Shown here: one piece after another, positions 37,144-45,363 of the stretch | How positions within the stretch are numbered: position 1 is the first letter of the stretch | Layout of the letters: each line of letters begins with the position of its first letter | Assembly: GCA_015062525.1 (NCBI GenBank) | Contig: SUUM01000002.1 | Span: forward strand, 82,964 to 146,963 | Source of the DNA: Alphaproteobacteria bacterium | GTDB lineage: Bacteria; Pseudomonadota; Alphaproteobacteria; Rs-D84 | Reading direction: 5' to 3' | DNA: 64,000 nucleotides | The notes under the pieces: generated by a model | The model's database searches: none | What the model was told of the DNA's origin: nothing | Seen by the model: the letters and a program-made list of their open reading frames with translations, nothing else | Program-made: the position numbers and the translations under genes

Positions 37144-38254
37144 GTGCTGTTATCTGATCTAATACAACATAGGGGTTAAACCTATCTAAGTTCTGAAGCG
37201 CTATCGATTTCATTTTGTCAATGTTGATCTGATTGTGATAGACCTGAGACATTTTTACTGCTAAATCATTTGGGTTTTGTGGTTTAAATAATAAGCCTGC
37301 TTCTCCGTTCATTAAAATCTCTGCCACACCAGACTTTACATTTGAAGCTATATTCAATGTATTCAAGGCTTGTGCCTCTATCAACACGGTTGGCAATACC
37401 TCTCCAAAAGATGATAGGATATGGGCTAAAGCCCCCTTAACGTATCCGAAAGGATTGGGGACATTCCCCAAAAACACAACATGATTGTCTAGATGTAGCT
37501 GGTCAGTCAATTCTTCCCATTGTTGACGTAATGGACCATCGCCACACATGTACAACTTCACGTCAGGATAATTTTCTTGCTCTAGAAAAAGTTTAAAGCC
37601 CTTAATCAATGTTTCGTGGTCTTTATCTGTGTGCAATCTGGCAACTGATACAAAATATTTATGTGGTAATTCTGACATTTGTCCTTGTTCTACACGATTT
37701 TGTATAGATATAACATCAACAGGATTATAAATACATTCTATTTTATGTGCTAATTCAGGATGTTTAATAACAAAGTCGTTATAGAATGATTGGGATATGG
37801 CAACAATTTTGTGATAGGATTCTATATTTTTCATGTATTCAGGATTAGAAAAATATGCAGATATAGAACAATGTAAAAAAGCGATTTTGGGTCTGTTGAC
37901 TTTTTTTATCTGATTACAAAAACATCCATTAAAATAATCGATAACAATATCATATTGCCTTAACTGTCTGCAAAAACGAATTTTTTCTATACGTTTCCTC
38001 AGCCGCCAAATTTTTTTTTGTAAATATTTAGTTGGTCTGGGTTGCATGTGATAAAAAAAGCCATTGTCAAACAAATTTATATTGTTGTTTTGAAAGAAGT
38101 GTAAAAAACGTTTTTCTGTGACCTTGACGCGTGATATAACGCTAACTTCATACTTGTCATTATCTTTTAATAGTTCCAAGATTTGTAATAAACAAGTCTC
38201 TATCCCACCCGTTATTAGGTGGTGCATTAAGAAAACTACTTTTACTTTTGGCAT
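37109..38254 (-). CDS. Glycosyltransferase family 4 (GT-B)
   Basis: N-terminal HHLITGGIETCLLQ and C-terminal ...SFGEVLPTVLIEAQALNT...; 381 aa. Confidence 0.65.
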   Translation of the reverse strand: MPKVKVVFLMHHLITGGIETCLLQILELLKDNDKYEVSVISRVKVTEKRFLHFFQNNNINLFDNGFFYHMQPRPTKYLQKKIWRLRKRIEKIRFCRQLRQYDIVIDYFNGCFCNQIKKVNRPKIAFLHCSISAYFSNPEYMKNIESYHKIVAISQSFYNDFVIKHPELAHKIECIYNPVDVISIQNRVEQGQMSELPHKYFVSVARLHTDKDHETLIKGFKLFLEQENYPDVKLYMCGDGPLRQQWEELTDQLHLDNHVVFLGNVPNPFGYVKGALAHILSSFGEVLPTVLIEAQALNTLNIASNVKSGVAEILMNGEAGLLFKPQNPNDLAVKMSQVYHNQINIDKMKSIALQNLDRFNPYVVLDQITALVQNLYNTKRG

Positions 38255-40209
38255 TTTTCTACCTCTTTACCAATACAAATAGCGTAATACAGTTTGCCAA
38301 TCTTTATTTCCAATGTGCCAAGATTATCGTGTAGTTTCGGAAATATCAAAACCTTCATGGTCTTAATGCCTCTAATACGTATCTTGATTGGGTCAAACAC
38401 ACAAACCGAAAAAGTTTGCAAAGTAGTGCGCCATATAGATTTTTTTGCAATTTTAAGTGATTTTAATGGATGCTTTATTACCGTCCCCATAGGAATTTTG
38501 GAACCAAATAAAGACATATAAATATCATTTTGAGGATTGCTGGATGTCTTGATATTGAACATATGTTTCTTATCTTGTTTGCTTGGCTCCTCAACAAAGC
38601 AGTTTATCCAGGCTACAATGGTTTCGTATTCAAGATAAATATCTGCCCCAGCAAATAATTTCTTTATATCATTTGCAAATTGTTCCGCAGCATTTGAAAT
38701 ATCGGGATACACTGTTCGAATTATCTTTTCCGCCTCGGATATATTTTTTTTATATATAGGTTGTCCTTGTTCTGTTATGCCTTCAATAGGATATTCGGGT
38801 GATGTCATCAAAAATTCCATCAAAGCCCAATGTGAAATATAACTGATTTTTGGATGTTTTTTAGATGTTAAAGCCCACGAGGAATATGTGTTTCTGGGTA
38901 ATATTTCTGTTTTATTTATAGTATGCCAATACATGGCATAGCTATTAACAGATTTTTTTAACGCAGATTCAATTAATTGCTGTGCTGAAAAGTTTTCAGT
39001 TATTGTATCTACTATACCAACGTTCTTGCTGTTCGCGGTACATGAATAAATGTAATCTGAATATGTGGTAAAATTTTTATTTGCCAAAGGTTGCAAATAT
39101 TGTTTGTTAGATTCTAAAAAATCTAGCATAGAGATTTTTGTAAAATCGGCTTCACTAACTTTTTTAGCAAAAGAATCATCATTGTTTGCAAAATACTGAA
39201 TCACAGCACGTTGTTGAGTATCAGCAACAGCAGATTTGTCAGACCTGTAATCCAATCGACAAATCAGGTTCAAGAACCGTGGTGCATAAACATATGAATT
39301 CTTGATTGTGTTATTAAATGTGTTAAAAACACGCTGCAAACTGTATCCATCGCGTGCCACAAACATAAGGTGGTCAATCCCCTGATTCTGTGCCGTCTGT
39401 TCAATCCATCGTGTATAACCATAAATTACTGGACCCCCATATTCGTATCCCAATTTTTCCCAGTAATTTTTGGCAACTGCCATACCCATACGTTCGACCT
39501 GGTCACGCATTGCCATAATCGCCACCAGAATACTTGCCCCCAGGTTGTCGTCCTGCTTGCGATAAAATTTGGACATGCGAACATTATTTTTCAGAAAGGT
39601 TTTCACCAGGTGTGGATACAAATATGCCCGCAATCCATGTTCGCGTGGTCTTTTATAGTCTGATTTTTTGTTGTCCCCAATATGCAATATTTTGTTTGCC
39701 GGCACCCCCATATCGCGAATTATTGTATCAAACAGTATCCCGCGCGCCTTGGTCTGGTTAATGTCGCCCGACACATACAGCCTGTCATAACCACCAAACC
39801 CATTCTTATCCAATACATCTGCAATAAATTCTGTTGGCAGATACATATCAGATGCAACAACGATTTTTTTGCCATTTTCACGTGCGAAATCCCAAATTTC
39901 TTTCATTTCTGGGTTTTGGCGCAACACCATACGTTCCCAATCCAGCTCTATCGACTTCAGATGTTTAAAGCATCCATCGATTTCCTCGTAAATTTCATCA
40001 AATGTAATATCTTGCTTGGCCGGGTTTTTCTGACGTACATTCCATTCTGCTGCCACACGGCATGTCATAAAGAACGGTGCATTATAATGCTTTTCGATAT
40101 GTAAAAACAAATCAATGGGTCGCACATATGGTCGAAATAACAACGTATCAAATATGTCAAATGACACAATATCAACATTTTTTATCAACTTTTGTATTTT
40201 TTTATTCAT
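38242..40209 (-). CDS. HAD-superfamily hydrolase domain protein with a large C-terminal unknown domain
   Basis: N-terminal VSFDIFDTLL (DxDx(T/V) motif I) and ...HIGDNKKSD (motif IV-like). The C-terminal ~450 aa is unassigned. Confidence 0.5.
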   Translation of the reverse strand: MNKKIQKLIKNVDIVSFDIFDTLLFRPYVRPIDLFLHIEKHYNAPFFMTCRVAAEWNVRQKNPAKQDITFDEIYEEIDGCFKHLKSIELDWERMVLRQNPEMKEIWDFARENGKKIVVASDMYLPTEFIADVLDKNGFGGYDRLYVSGDINQTKARGILFDTIIRDMGVPANKILHIGDNKKSDYKRPREHGLRAYLYPHLVKTFLKNNVRMSKFYRKQDDNLGASILVAIMAMRDQVERMGMAVAKNYWEKLGYEYGGPVIYGYTRWIEQTAQNQGIDHLMFVARDGYSLQRVFNTFNNTIKNSYVYAPRFLNLICRLDYRSDKSAVADTQQRAVIQYFANNDDSFAKKVSEADFTKISMLDFLESNKQYLQPLANKNFTTYSDYIYSCTANSKNVGIVDTITENFSAQQLIESALKKSVNSYAMYWHTINKTEILPRNTYSSWALTSKKHPKISYISHWALMEFLMTSPEYPIEGITEQGQPIYKKNISEAEKIIRTVYPDISNAAEQFANDIKKLFAGADIYLEYETIVAWINCFVEEPSKQDKKHMFNIKTSSNPQNDIYMSLFGSKIPMGTVIKHPLKSLKIAKKSIWRTTLQTFSVCVFDPIKIRIRGIKTMKVLIFPKLHDNLGTLEIKIGKLYYAICIGKEVEKCQK

Positions 40210-40227
40210 GATAAACGCTCTCCAGGC

Positions 40228-41133
40228 TCAGGCAATTCGACCTATTTTTATAAATTCAAACAGATATATTTCTCCGTCCTGCACCTTTAACAATGGTATT
40301 TTTTCAAACAGGTAATATTTTGTTTTTGTGATACCGTACTGTTTTTTTCGAATAATTGGCAAGAACCCGAATAAACGCACGTGTTTGTTGGTTTCGCCCG
40401 CTAACGCCATCAGGTGCTCTTTTAGCCTATTATCATCTGTAATATATTCTATAATATTTGCCTTTACTCGTTCTGCGCTTTCGCGTTGTATTTTCTGTGA
40501 TACAACGGACACGTTCATATTGTGCCAACGGTATCTTAACAATTTTTCCGGGACATTGTGTATAGGTGCAACCTTGATAATCTGCGACCAAATTTCATAG
40601 TCCTCGGCGTGTGGAAAATCTGGATTATAGTATATTTTGTTATCTCGCAATACTGATGTTCGGATGGTTGTCGTGGGGTGCGATAAGGGTGTTCCAACAA
40701 TCAACATATCTAAAATTTTTGCGCGTTCAGGATATTGGCGAACAGATGGATTAATATTTTCACCGAACTTTTCATGCCACCCACCAACCGCACCAACATG
40801 TGGGTTTTCATCCAGATATGCAACTTGTTTTTCCAATCTCTCGGGCATGGCTATATCATCACTATCCATGCGGGCGATGTATTCACCACGTGCTAAATCC
40901 AGTCCCTGGTTCAGAACGGCAATTAAACCCTGATTTTTCTTGTTGTCAATAAATCTTATGCGTTTGTCGGTCTTGGCATATTGGGCGATGATATCTGCGG
41001 TTTTATCTGTGCTGCCATCATTAATGATTAAAAATTCAAAATCGGAAAAAGTCTGATTCAGGATACTTTCAATTGCCTCTGCAATATATCTCTCAGAATT
41101 ATATGCAGTCATTAAAACAGAAACTTTTGGCAT
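40228..41133 (-). CDS. Glycosyltransferase family 2
   Basis: VSVLMTAYNSERYIAEAIESILNQTFSDFEFLIINDGSTD and DSDD motifs. Confidence 0.8.
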   Translation of the reverse strand: MPKVSVLMTAYNSERYIAEAIESILNQTFSDFEFLIINDGSTDKTADIIAQYAKTDKRIRFIDNKKNQGLIAVLNQGLDLARGEYIARMDSDDIAMPERLEKQVAYLDENPHVGAVGGWHEKFGENINPSVRQYPERAKILDMLIVGTPLSHPTTTIRTSVLRDNKIYYNPDFPHAEDYEIWSQIIKVAPIHNVPEKLLRYRWHNMNVSVVSQKIQRESAERVKANIIEYITDDNRLKEHLMALAGETNKHVRLFGFLPIIRKKQYGITKTKYYLFEKIPLLKVQDGEIYLFEFIKIGRIA

Positions 41134-41280
41134 GGGCGTCCTTTACGTTAAAAAAACAGGGGATGGACGTTCAAACAATCAGAAAACAAGTTAAACTTTT
41201 TTTCTAACTTCGCGCGTTTTCAATATATGGCGCACGCGTCCACCCCACATGGGAATGAGATCCGGTTGCCCCAGATATGT

Positions 41281-41499
41281 AAAAACCGCCATAATTCAGG
41301 CGGCCGGGAAGTTAGAAACCTCATGGTAATTAGATGAGCCCGTGGGTTTTTGGGCGTGCACCCTGTTATATGACCCGCGGCTTCCCGAACCACGCCGGGA
41401 AGCGATGCGTATGCACCGCATTTTTAACGATGCACAACGCACCGAATTACCAAGAGGGGAGTTTCTAAGTCCCCGGATTTCCACACTCACGGGAAAACC
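41281..41499 (-). ncRNA. Candidate structured RNA (~220 nt) between rpmG and the glycosyltransferase operon
   Basis: Perfect minus-strand promoter: TTGACA (41534-41529), 17-nt spacer, TATGAT (41511-41506). Multiple hairpins, loop-loop complementarity (cuuagaaac / guuucuaa), and terminator gccgccugaauuauggcggUUUUU (41305-41281). No protein-like ORF. Confidence 0.45.
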
Positions 41500-41597
41500 A
41501 AACCAATCATAGGAATAAATGCTATAATTGTCAAGCCACATATATACAAAAAAATCCCCCGCGATTGCGGGGAACTGAACCAAACTGAATATGGGTA

Positions 41598-41776
41598 CTA
41601 GTGTGAAACCTTTGCTTCGGTCATAACGACATGCTTGCGCAATTTTTTGTCGTATTTACGGAACTTCATTTTGCCCTGTGTATTTTCAGACTTAGTATTT
41701 TTAGTTGTAATATAGAAGACGCCAGTTTCATTATTTCTTAACTGTACAACTTCTTTGCTACCTTTTTTAGATGCCA
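41598..41776 (-). CDS. rpmG: 50S ribosomal protein L33
   Basis: Manual translation gives MASKKGSKEVVQLRNNETGVFYITTKNTKSENTQGKMKFRKYDKKLRKHVVMTEAKVSH (58 aa). It matches the L33 pattern TG.FYTTTKN...KKFD...R.HV..EAK. The ORF is below the track cutoff. Confidence 0.75.
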
Positions 41777-41918
41777 TTTTATTCGCCCTTTATTTCATTC
41801 TGGGTCGGATTGTATGTTATATTTTACTGGAAATCAAGTAATTTTTATCATAAAATAAAAATCTATATAAAAAAAGCGCGGGTATGGCGACTATGGAATG
41901 CCGCCATACCCGTGGAAT

Positions 41919-42003
41919 GCGGGTATGGCGAAACTGGTAGACGCACTGGATTTAGGTTCCAGCGGGGCAACCCATAGGAGTTCGACTCTCCTTACCCGCA
42001 CCA
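41919..42003 (+). tRNA. tRNA-Leu (anticodon UAG) with long variable arm
   Basis: 7-bp acceptor stem gcgggta/tacccgc, anticodon loop tuUAGgu, long variable arm, T-loop ttcgact, 3' CCA encoded. Confidence 0.8.
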
Positions 42004-42090
42004 ATCTTATTATGTATTCATTAATTGTTTTTTGCGCTTTTTGAAGTTTGTTTGTTGAAAAAAATCCCGCAATCGCGGGATTTTTAATCT

Positions 42091-42585
42091 TTATTCTGCC
42101 ATTTCTGGTGCAGGTGTTTCCGGCGCCGGCATTTCTGGGCGTGTATTGCGTTTCATATGTTTGCGCGCTGCTTTGAATTCTTCGCGTGAAACACAGCCGT
42201 TCGCATCTGTGTCCATCATTGGAACCATTTCCGCCAATTTTGGACATTTTACAACCAAGCAACCATTTTCAAATTCTGGACGCGGACACATTTTGCCACG
42301 TTTGTCACAGCAAGACATTTTTGCCGTCGCAAAACCCAATGCGAAAATGATTAAAACCAAAACCAGTTTTTTCAGGAAACGACCAAATGTGCATTTCTTT
42401 TTCGCGCACATGCATTCGCCACCACATGCACATCCCTTGTCGCAACCGCATGGGAATTTTTCAACGACTGGTGCCGCCACTACCTTTTTTGCGACTGTTT
42501 TTTTTGCTGTCGCTGGTTTAGAAACTGTTTTTTTTGCAACTGTTTTTTTTGTTGTTGTTGCTTTTTTAGTTGTTTTTTCTGCCAT
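42091..42585 (-). CDS. Lys-rich / Cys-cluster / single-TM protein with a C-terminal EF-hand-like loop
   Basis: N-terminal KKxxAKK repeats; Cys-rich PCGCDKGCACGGECMC; TM LVLVLIIFALGFA; DTDANGCVSREEF fits the EF-hand consensus DxDxNGxVSxxE. Confidence 0.5.
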   Translation of the reverse strand: MAEKTTKKATTTKKTVAKKTVSKPATAKKTVAKKVVAAPVVEKFPCGCDKGCACGGECMCAKKKCTFGRFLKKLVLVLIIFALGFATAKMSCCDKRGKMCPRPEFENGCLVVKCPKLAEMVPMMDTDANGCVSREEFKAARKHMKRNTRPEMPAPETPAPEMAE

Positions 42586-42685
42586 TTGTCCTTCCTTTAT
42601 TTGTTCGACATTTTGATTGTATTCAAATTAAAAAACGTTGTAAAGAAAAAATTTCTAATATAAACCCCGCAATTGCGGGGTGAAA

Positions 42686-42916
42686 TTACTTTTTCTTGGC
42701 TGCAGTTTTCTTGGTGCTTGGTGCTTTTTTTGTTGGCAAAGCCTTGTATTCTTTGTGCAGCACTACAATGCAAGTATATGCCAACAGCGCAGAAATCGCG
42801 GTAATCAACCCTGGAATTAATCCATCAGAAAATACCGCAAACAGCAAAATTGCCACCACCAGCACGATGGTATAACCCAAATTTTTGGATAACACAGTCA
42901 ACAGTTTATCAAACAT
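42686..42916 (-). CDS. Small membrane protein with a basic tail
   Basis: Two TM helices plus KKAPSTKKTAAKKK. Shares the MFDKL N-terminus with the next gene. Confidence 0.4.
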   Translation of the reverse strand: MFDKLLTVLSKNLGYTIVLVVAILLFAVFSDGLIPGLITAISALLAYTCIVVLHKEYKALPTKKAPSTKKTAAKKK

Positions 42917-43054
42917 TGATTTCCCCCTTGTGATTTTGTTTGGACAATAACACTATACAAATGTTTTTATTATTTTTCCACGAAAAAATACCACCCATTT
43001 CTGGGTGGCATTAAACAAGGGAGATATGAACAAACTAACATTGTAATTTATGGC

Positions 43055-43816
43055 TTACAAAACCACATGCCCGCCCAGACGTGCCGTCTTTGGAATTGGC
43101 CCAAATGATGAACGTGGACTGACATAAATGTTGCCTGTGATGACAAAGTCGCCACAGAACTGCAACATATTCACATCGCGCAGGAACAGGTTCCCATTGA
43201 TACGAATATCACATGGCAACGTGTATTTGCGCATATTCTGCAAATACAAATTACCGTCAACTTGTGCGCCATTTTGCAACATTGCGCCGGCGCCACGACT
43301 GTCAATAACAATATCGCCCATAAATTTATTGTTGCGGTGTGCTATTTGTTGTTTTGCAATCTGTACCTCAACGCGTTTTACAGGAACAACATTAATGGCG
43401 GGTTGTTCTTTTTTATATGTCTGCGCATTGACCTTGATTGGCAAAACGGGACGAGGTCTAACGTTGCGTGGGGCGGCGGCTTCTGAAACCACTATTTGTT
43501 CCGCATGCTGTGGCTTTGCGACAACTACAACCTGCTTGCGACAGCCAACTACATCAATAATCAGCATAGAAAACAAAACGATGATTGCAACCAGTAATGC
43601 CAAATTTACCATCGCGACCAAATTAATGCCACACAGCCAGTTCCAAAAGCGTCTGCACAGTTTTGCAATCATACGGAATGGCCAACAGATAACATTCCAC
43701 ACACGTGCCCAGAACCCCTTACGCTTGGTATTTTTGCGTGTGGTCTTTGTTTTTGTATTTTTCTTGTTTGCCTTAACACGATGTGCGGCGAATTTCATTT
43801 TTAGTTTATCAAACAT
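43055..43816 (-). CDS. Membrane-anchored protein with a bactofilin-like beta-helical repeat region
   Basis: Basic N-terminus, TM, and a C-terminal G/N-periodic region (IDSRGAGAMLQNGAQVDGNLYL...RINGNLFL...VITGNIYV). Confidence 0.4.
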   Translation of the reverse strand: MFDKLKMKFAAHRVKANKKNTKTKTTRKNTKRKGFWARVWNVICWPFRMIAKLCRRFWNWLCGINLVAMVNLALLVAIIVLFSMLIIDVVGCRKQVVVVAKPQHAEQIVVSEAAAPRNVRPRPVLPIKVNAQTYKKEQPAINVVPVKRVEVQIAKQQIAHRNNKFMGDIVIDSRGAGAMLQNGAQVDGNLYLQNMRKYTLPCDIRINGNLFLRDVNMLQFCGDFVITGNIYVSPRSSFGPIPKTARLGGHVVL

Positions 43817-43946
43817 TTATTGCCCCTTTGGCTGTCTGTAATTTCTTTAGCCTAAAAATAGTATTTGTCAATACGTTTGTCAAGTCTTTTTGTCAAATTT
43901 TTATCTTTTGACCTTTTTTGCGATATAGGTTAAGATATACATCTAG

Positions 43947-44669
43947 ATGAAAACGAATATATTACTGTCTTTATTAATGGCTGGATGCGCGGCCACGTGG
44001 CATGCCCCGTCTGATTTTACATATACGCCAATTAGTGCGGGTAAATATACACTTGCCACGTACCAGCATTTATCTGACACCACATCCCCAATTCATATTT
44101 ATATCGAAGGCGACGGCAATTCATTCAATGCGCGTGGCGTTCCAACATCTGACCCGACCCCGCATGGCACATTTGTTCGTGACATGGCAACGCGTGACAC
44201 ATCACCAAACGTTGTGTATCTGGCGCGTCCGTGTCAATATATTATGTCGCCCGCATGCACTCGGTCTGATTGGACCGACGGTCGTTTTTCACCCGATATT
44301 ATTGATTCTATGACCCAGGCTATCAAGACCCTGGCACAAAATCGCCCAATTGTTTTGATTGGCTATTCAGGTGGTGCGATGGTATCTGGGATGGTCATAA
44401 ATCAAAACCCAAAAATGAATATTGTGCATTGGATAACGGTGGCGGGTGTTCTAAATCATTCCGACTGGACGGCCCATTTTGGCGACAAACCACTGACAAA
44501 ATCGCTTAATATGACCGCGTTGCCACGCGTGCCCCAGACACACTATATCGTATCAGGCGACCGCGTCGTTCCGAACCACCTGTCGCATAAATGGGTTGGG
44601 GCGGAAAAATTGATAGAAATTACGAACGCAACACATGATAGAATACCCGAATTACAATTAAGTTTCTAA
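43947..44669 (+). CDS. Lipoprotein, alpha/beta-hydrolase-like
   Basis: Lipobox LLMAGCA; nucleophile-elbow-like LIGYSGGAMVSG. Confidence 0.5.
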   Translation: MKTNILLSLLMAGCAATWHAPSDFTYTPISAGKYTLATYQHLSDTTSPIHIYIEGDGNSFNARGVPTSDPTPHGTFVRDMATRDTSPNVVYLARPCQYIMSPACTRSDWTDGRFSPDIIDSMTQAIKTLAQNRPIVLIGYSGGAMVSGMVINQNPKMNIVHWITVAGVLNHSDWTAHFGDKPLTKSLNMTALPRVPQTHYIVSGDRVVPNHLSHKWVGAEKLIEITNATHDRIPELQLSF

Positions 44670-44755
44670 TATTTTTGTTGACAGAAGTATATTTTGTGTT
44701 GTATGCTTGTTTGCATAAAACAATCAAGTATATCTCGTGTTACTAAGGGGCAGTC

Positions 44756-45361
44756 ATGGCATACTCGTACGCAGAAAAAATAGCAATTTTAGAATTCGCA
44801 CGCAACCGTGGTACTATCGCGGCCGCAGAACATTTTGGCGTTTCGTCATCAACGGTTGTGCGCTGGAACAAAAAATACCAAATTTATGAAACCTTGATTA
44901 TGCGTACATTTTCAATTGAGCAGAAGATTGAAATGTTGCAATACGCAAACGAACATGGGTTGTCTAATGCCATGAATCACTATGATGTGGACGTTGCTAC
45001 ACTGCAGGCATGGAATAAAAAATTAAATGTCTACAAACGGCGCGGTACAAAGCGTTTTTCTACAACTAACAAATTATCTGTGCGTGGGTCACTTGCAACC
45101 AAGATGCGTGTATTAGAATATGCGCGCGACCATGGGCCTGCTGCGGCGGCACGTGTGTTTAATATTGCCGCGTCAACCATTCGTTTTTGGAACCAAGAAC
45201 TGAATGTATATCCTACACGAAAATATCGCATATTTTCAGCGGAATTACAGTCTGAAATAATTGCATACGCAAACCAGCACGGTATCACTGACGCGGCGCG
45301 ACATTTTAAAGTTCGTGTTTTCCAGATTCAGGATTGGATTACCAAACAAAATCAAAAATAA
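44756..45361 (+). CDS. Protein built from four tandem ~50-aa HTH repeats
   Basis: Four repeats of (E/Q)KI..LE(F/Y)A...G...AA..F.V..ST...WN..LNVY, resembling transposase-OrfA/HTH_Tnp-type helix-turn-helix units. Confidence 0.55.
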   Translation: MAYSYAEKIAILEFARNRGTIAAAEHFGVSSSTVVRWNKKYQIYETLIMRTFSIEQKIEMLQYANEHGLSNAMNHYDVDVATLQAWNKKLNVYKRRGTKRFSTTNKLSVRGSLATKMRVLEYARDHGPAAAARVFNIAASTIRFWNQELNVYPTRKYRIFSAELQSEIIAYANQHGITDAARHFKVRVFQIQDWITKQNQK

Positions 45362-45363
45362 TC

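Noticed and set aside
41296-41583. 95-aa minus-strand ORF downstream of rpmG
   Set aside because: It starts inside the rpmG terminator and promoter, has no RBS, and spans the GC hairpins. It is treated as part of the candidate structured RNA rather than a gene.
41150-41600. Tested the rpmG-downstream RNA against tmRNA (one- and two-piece), RNase P RNA, SRP RNA and 6S RNA
   Set aside because: No tag-peptide reading frame (ANDN...), no GGAAAGUCCGG or AGGGUGAAA RNase P elements, no SRP domain IV GGAAGGAAGCAGC-like element, and no long closing stem typical of 6S. It is left as an unclassified candidate.
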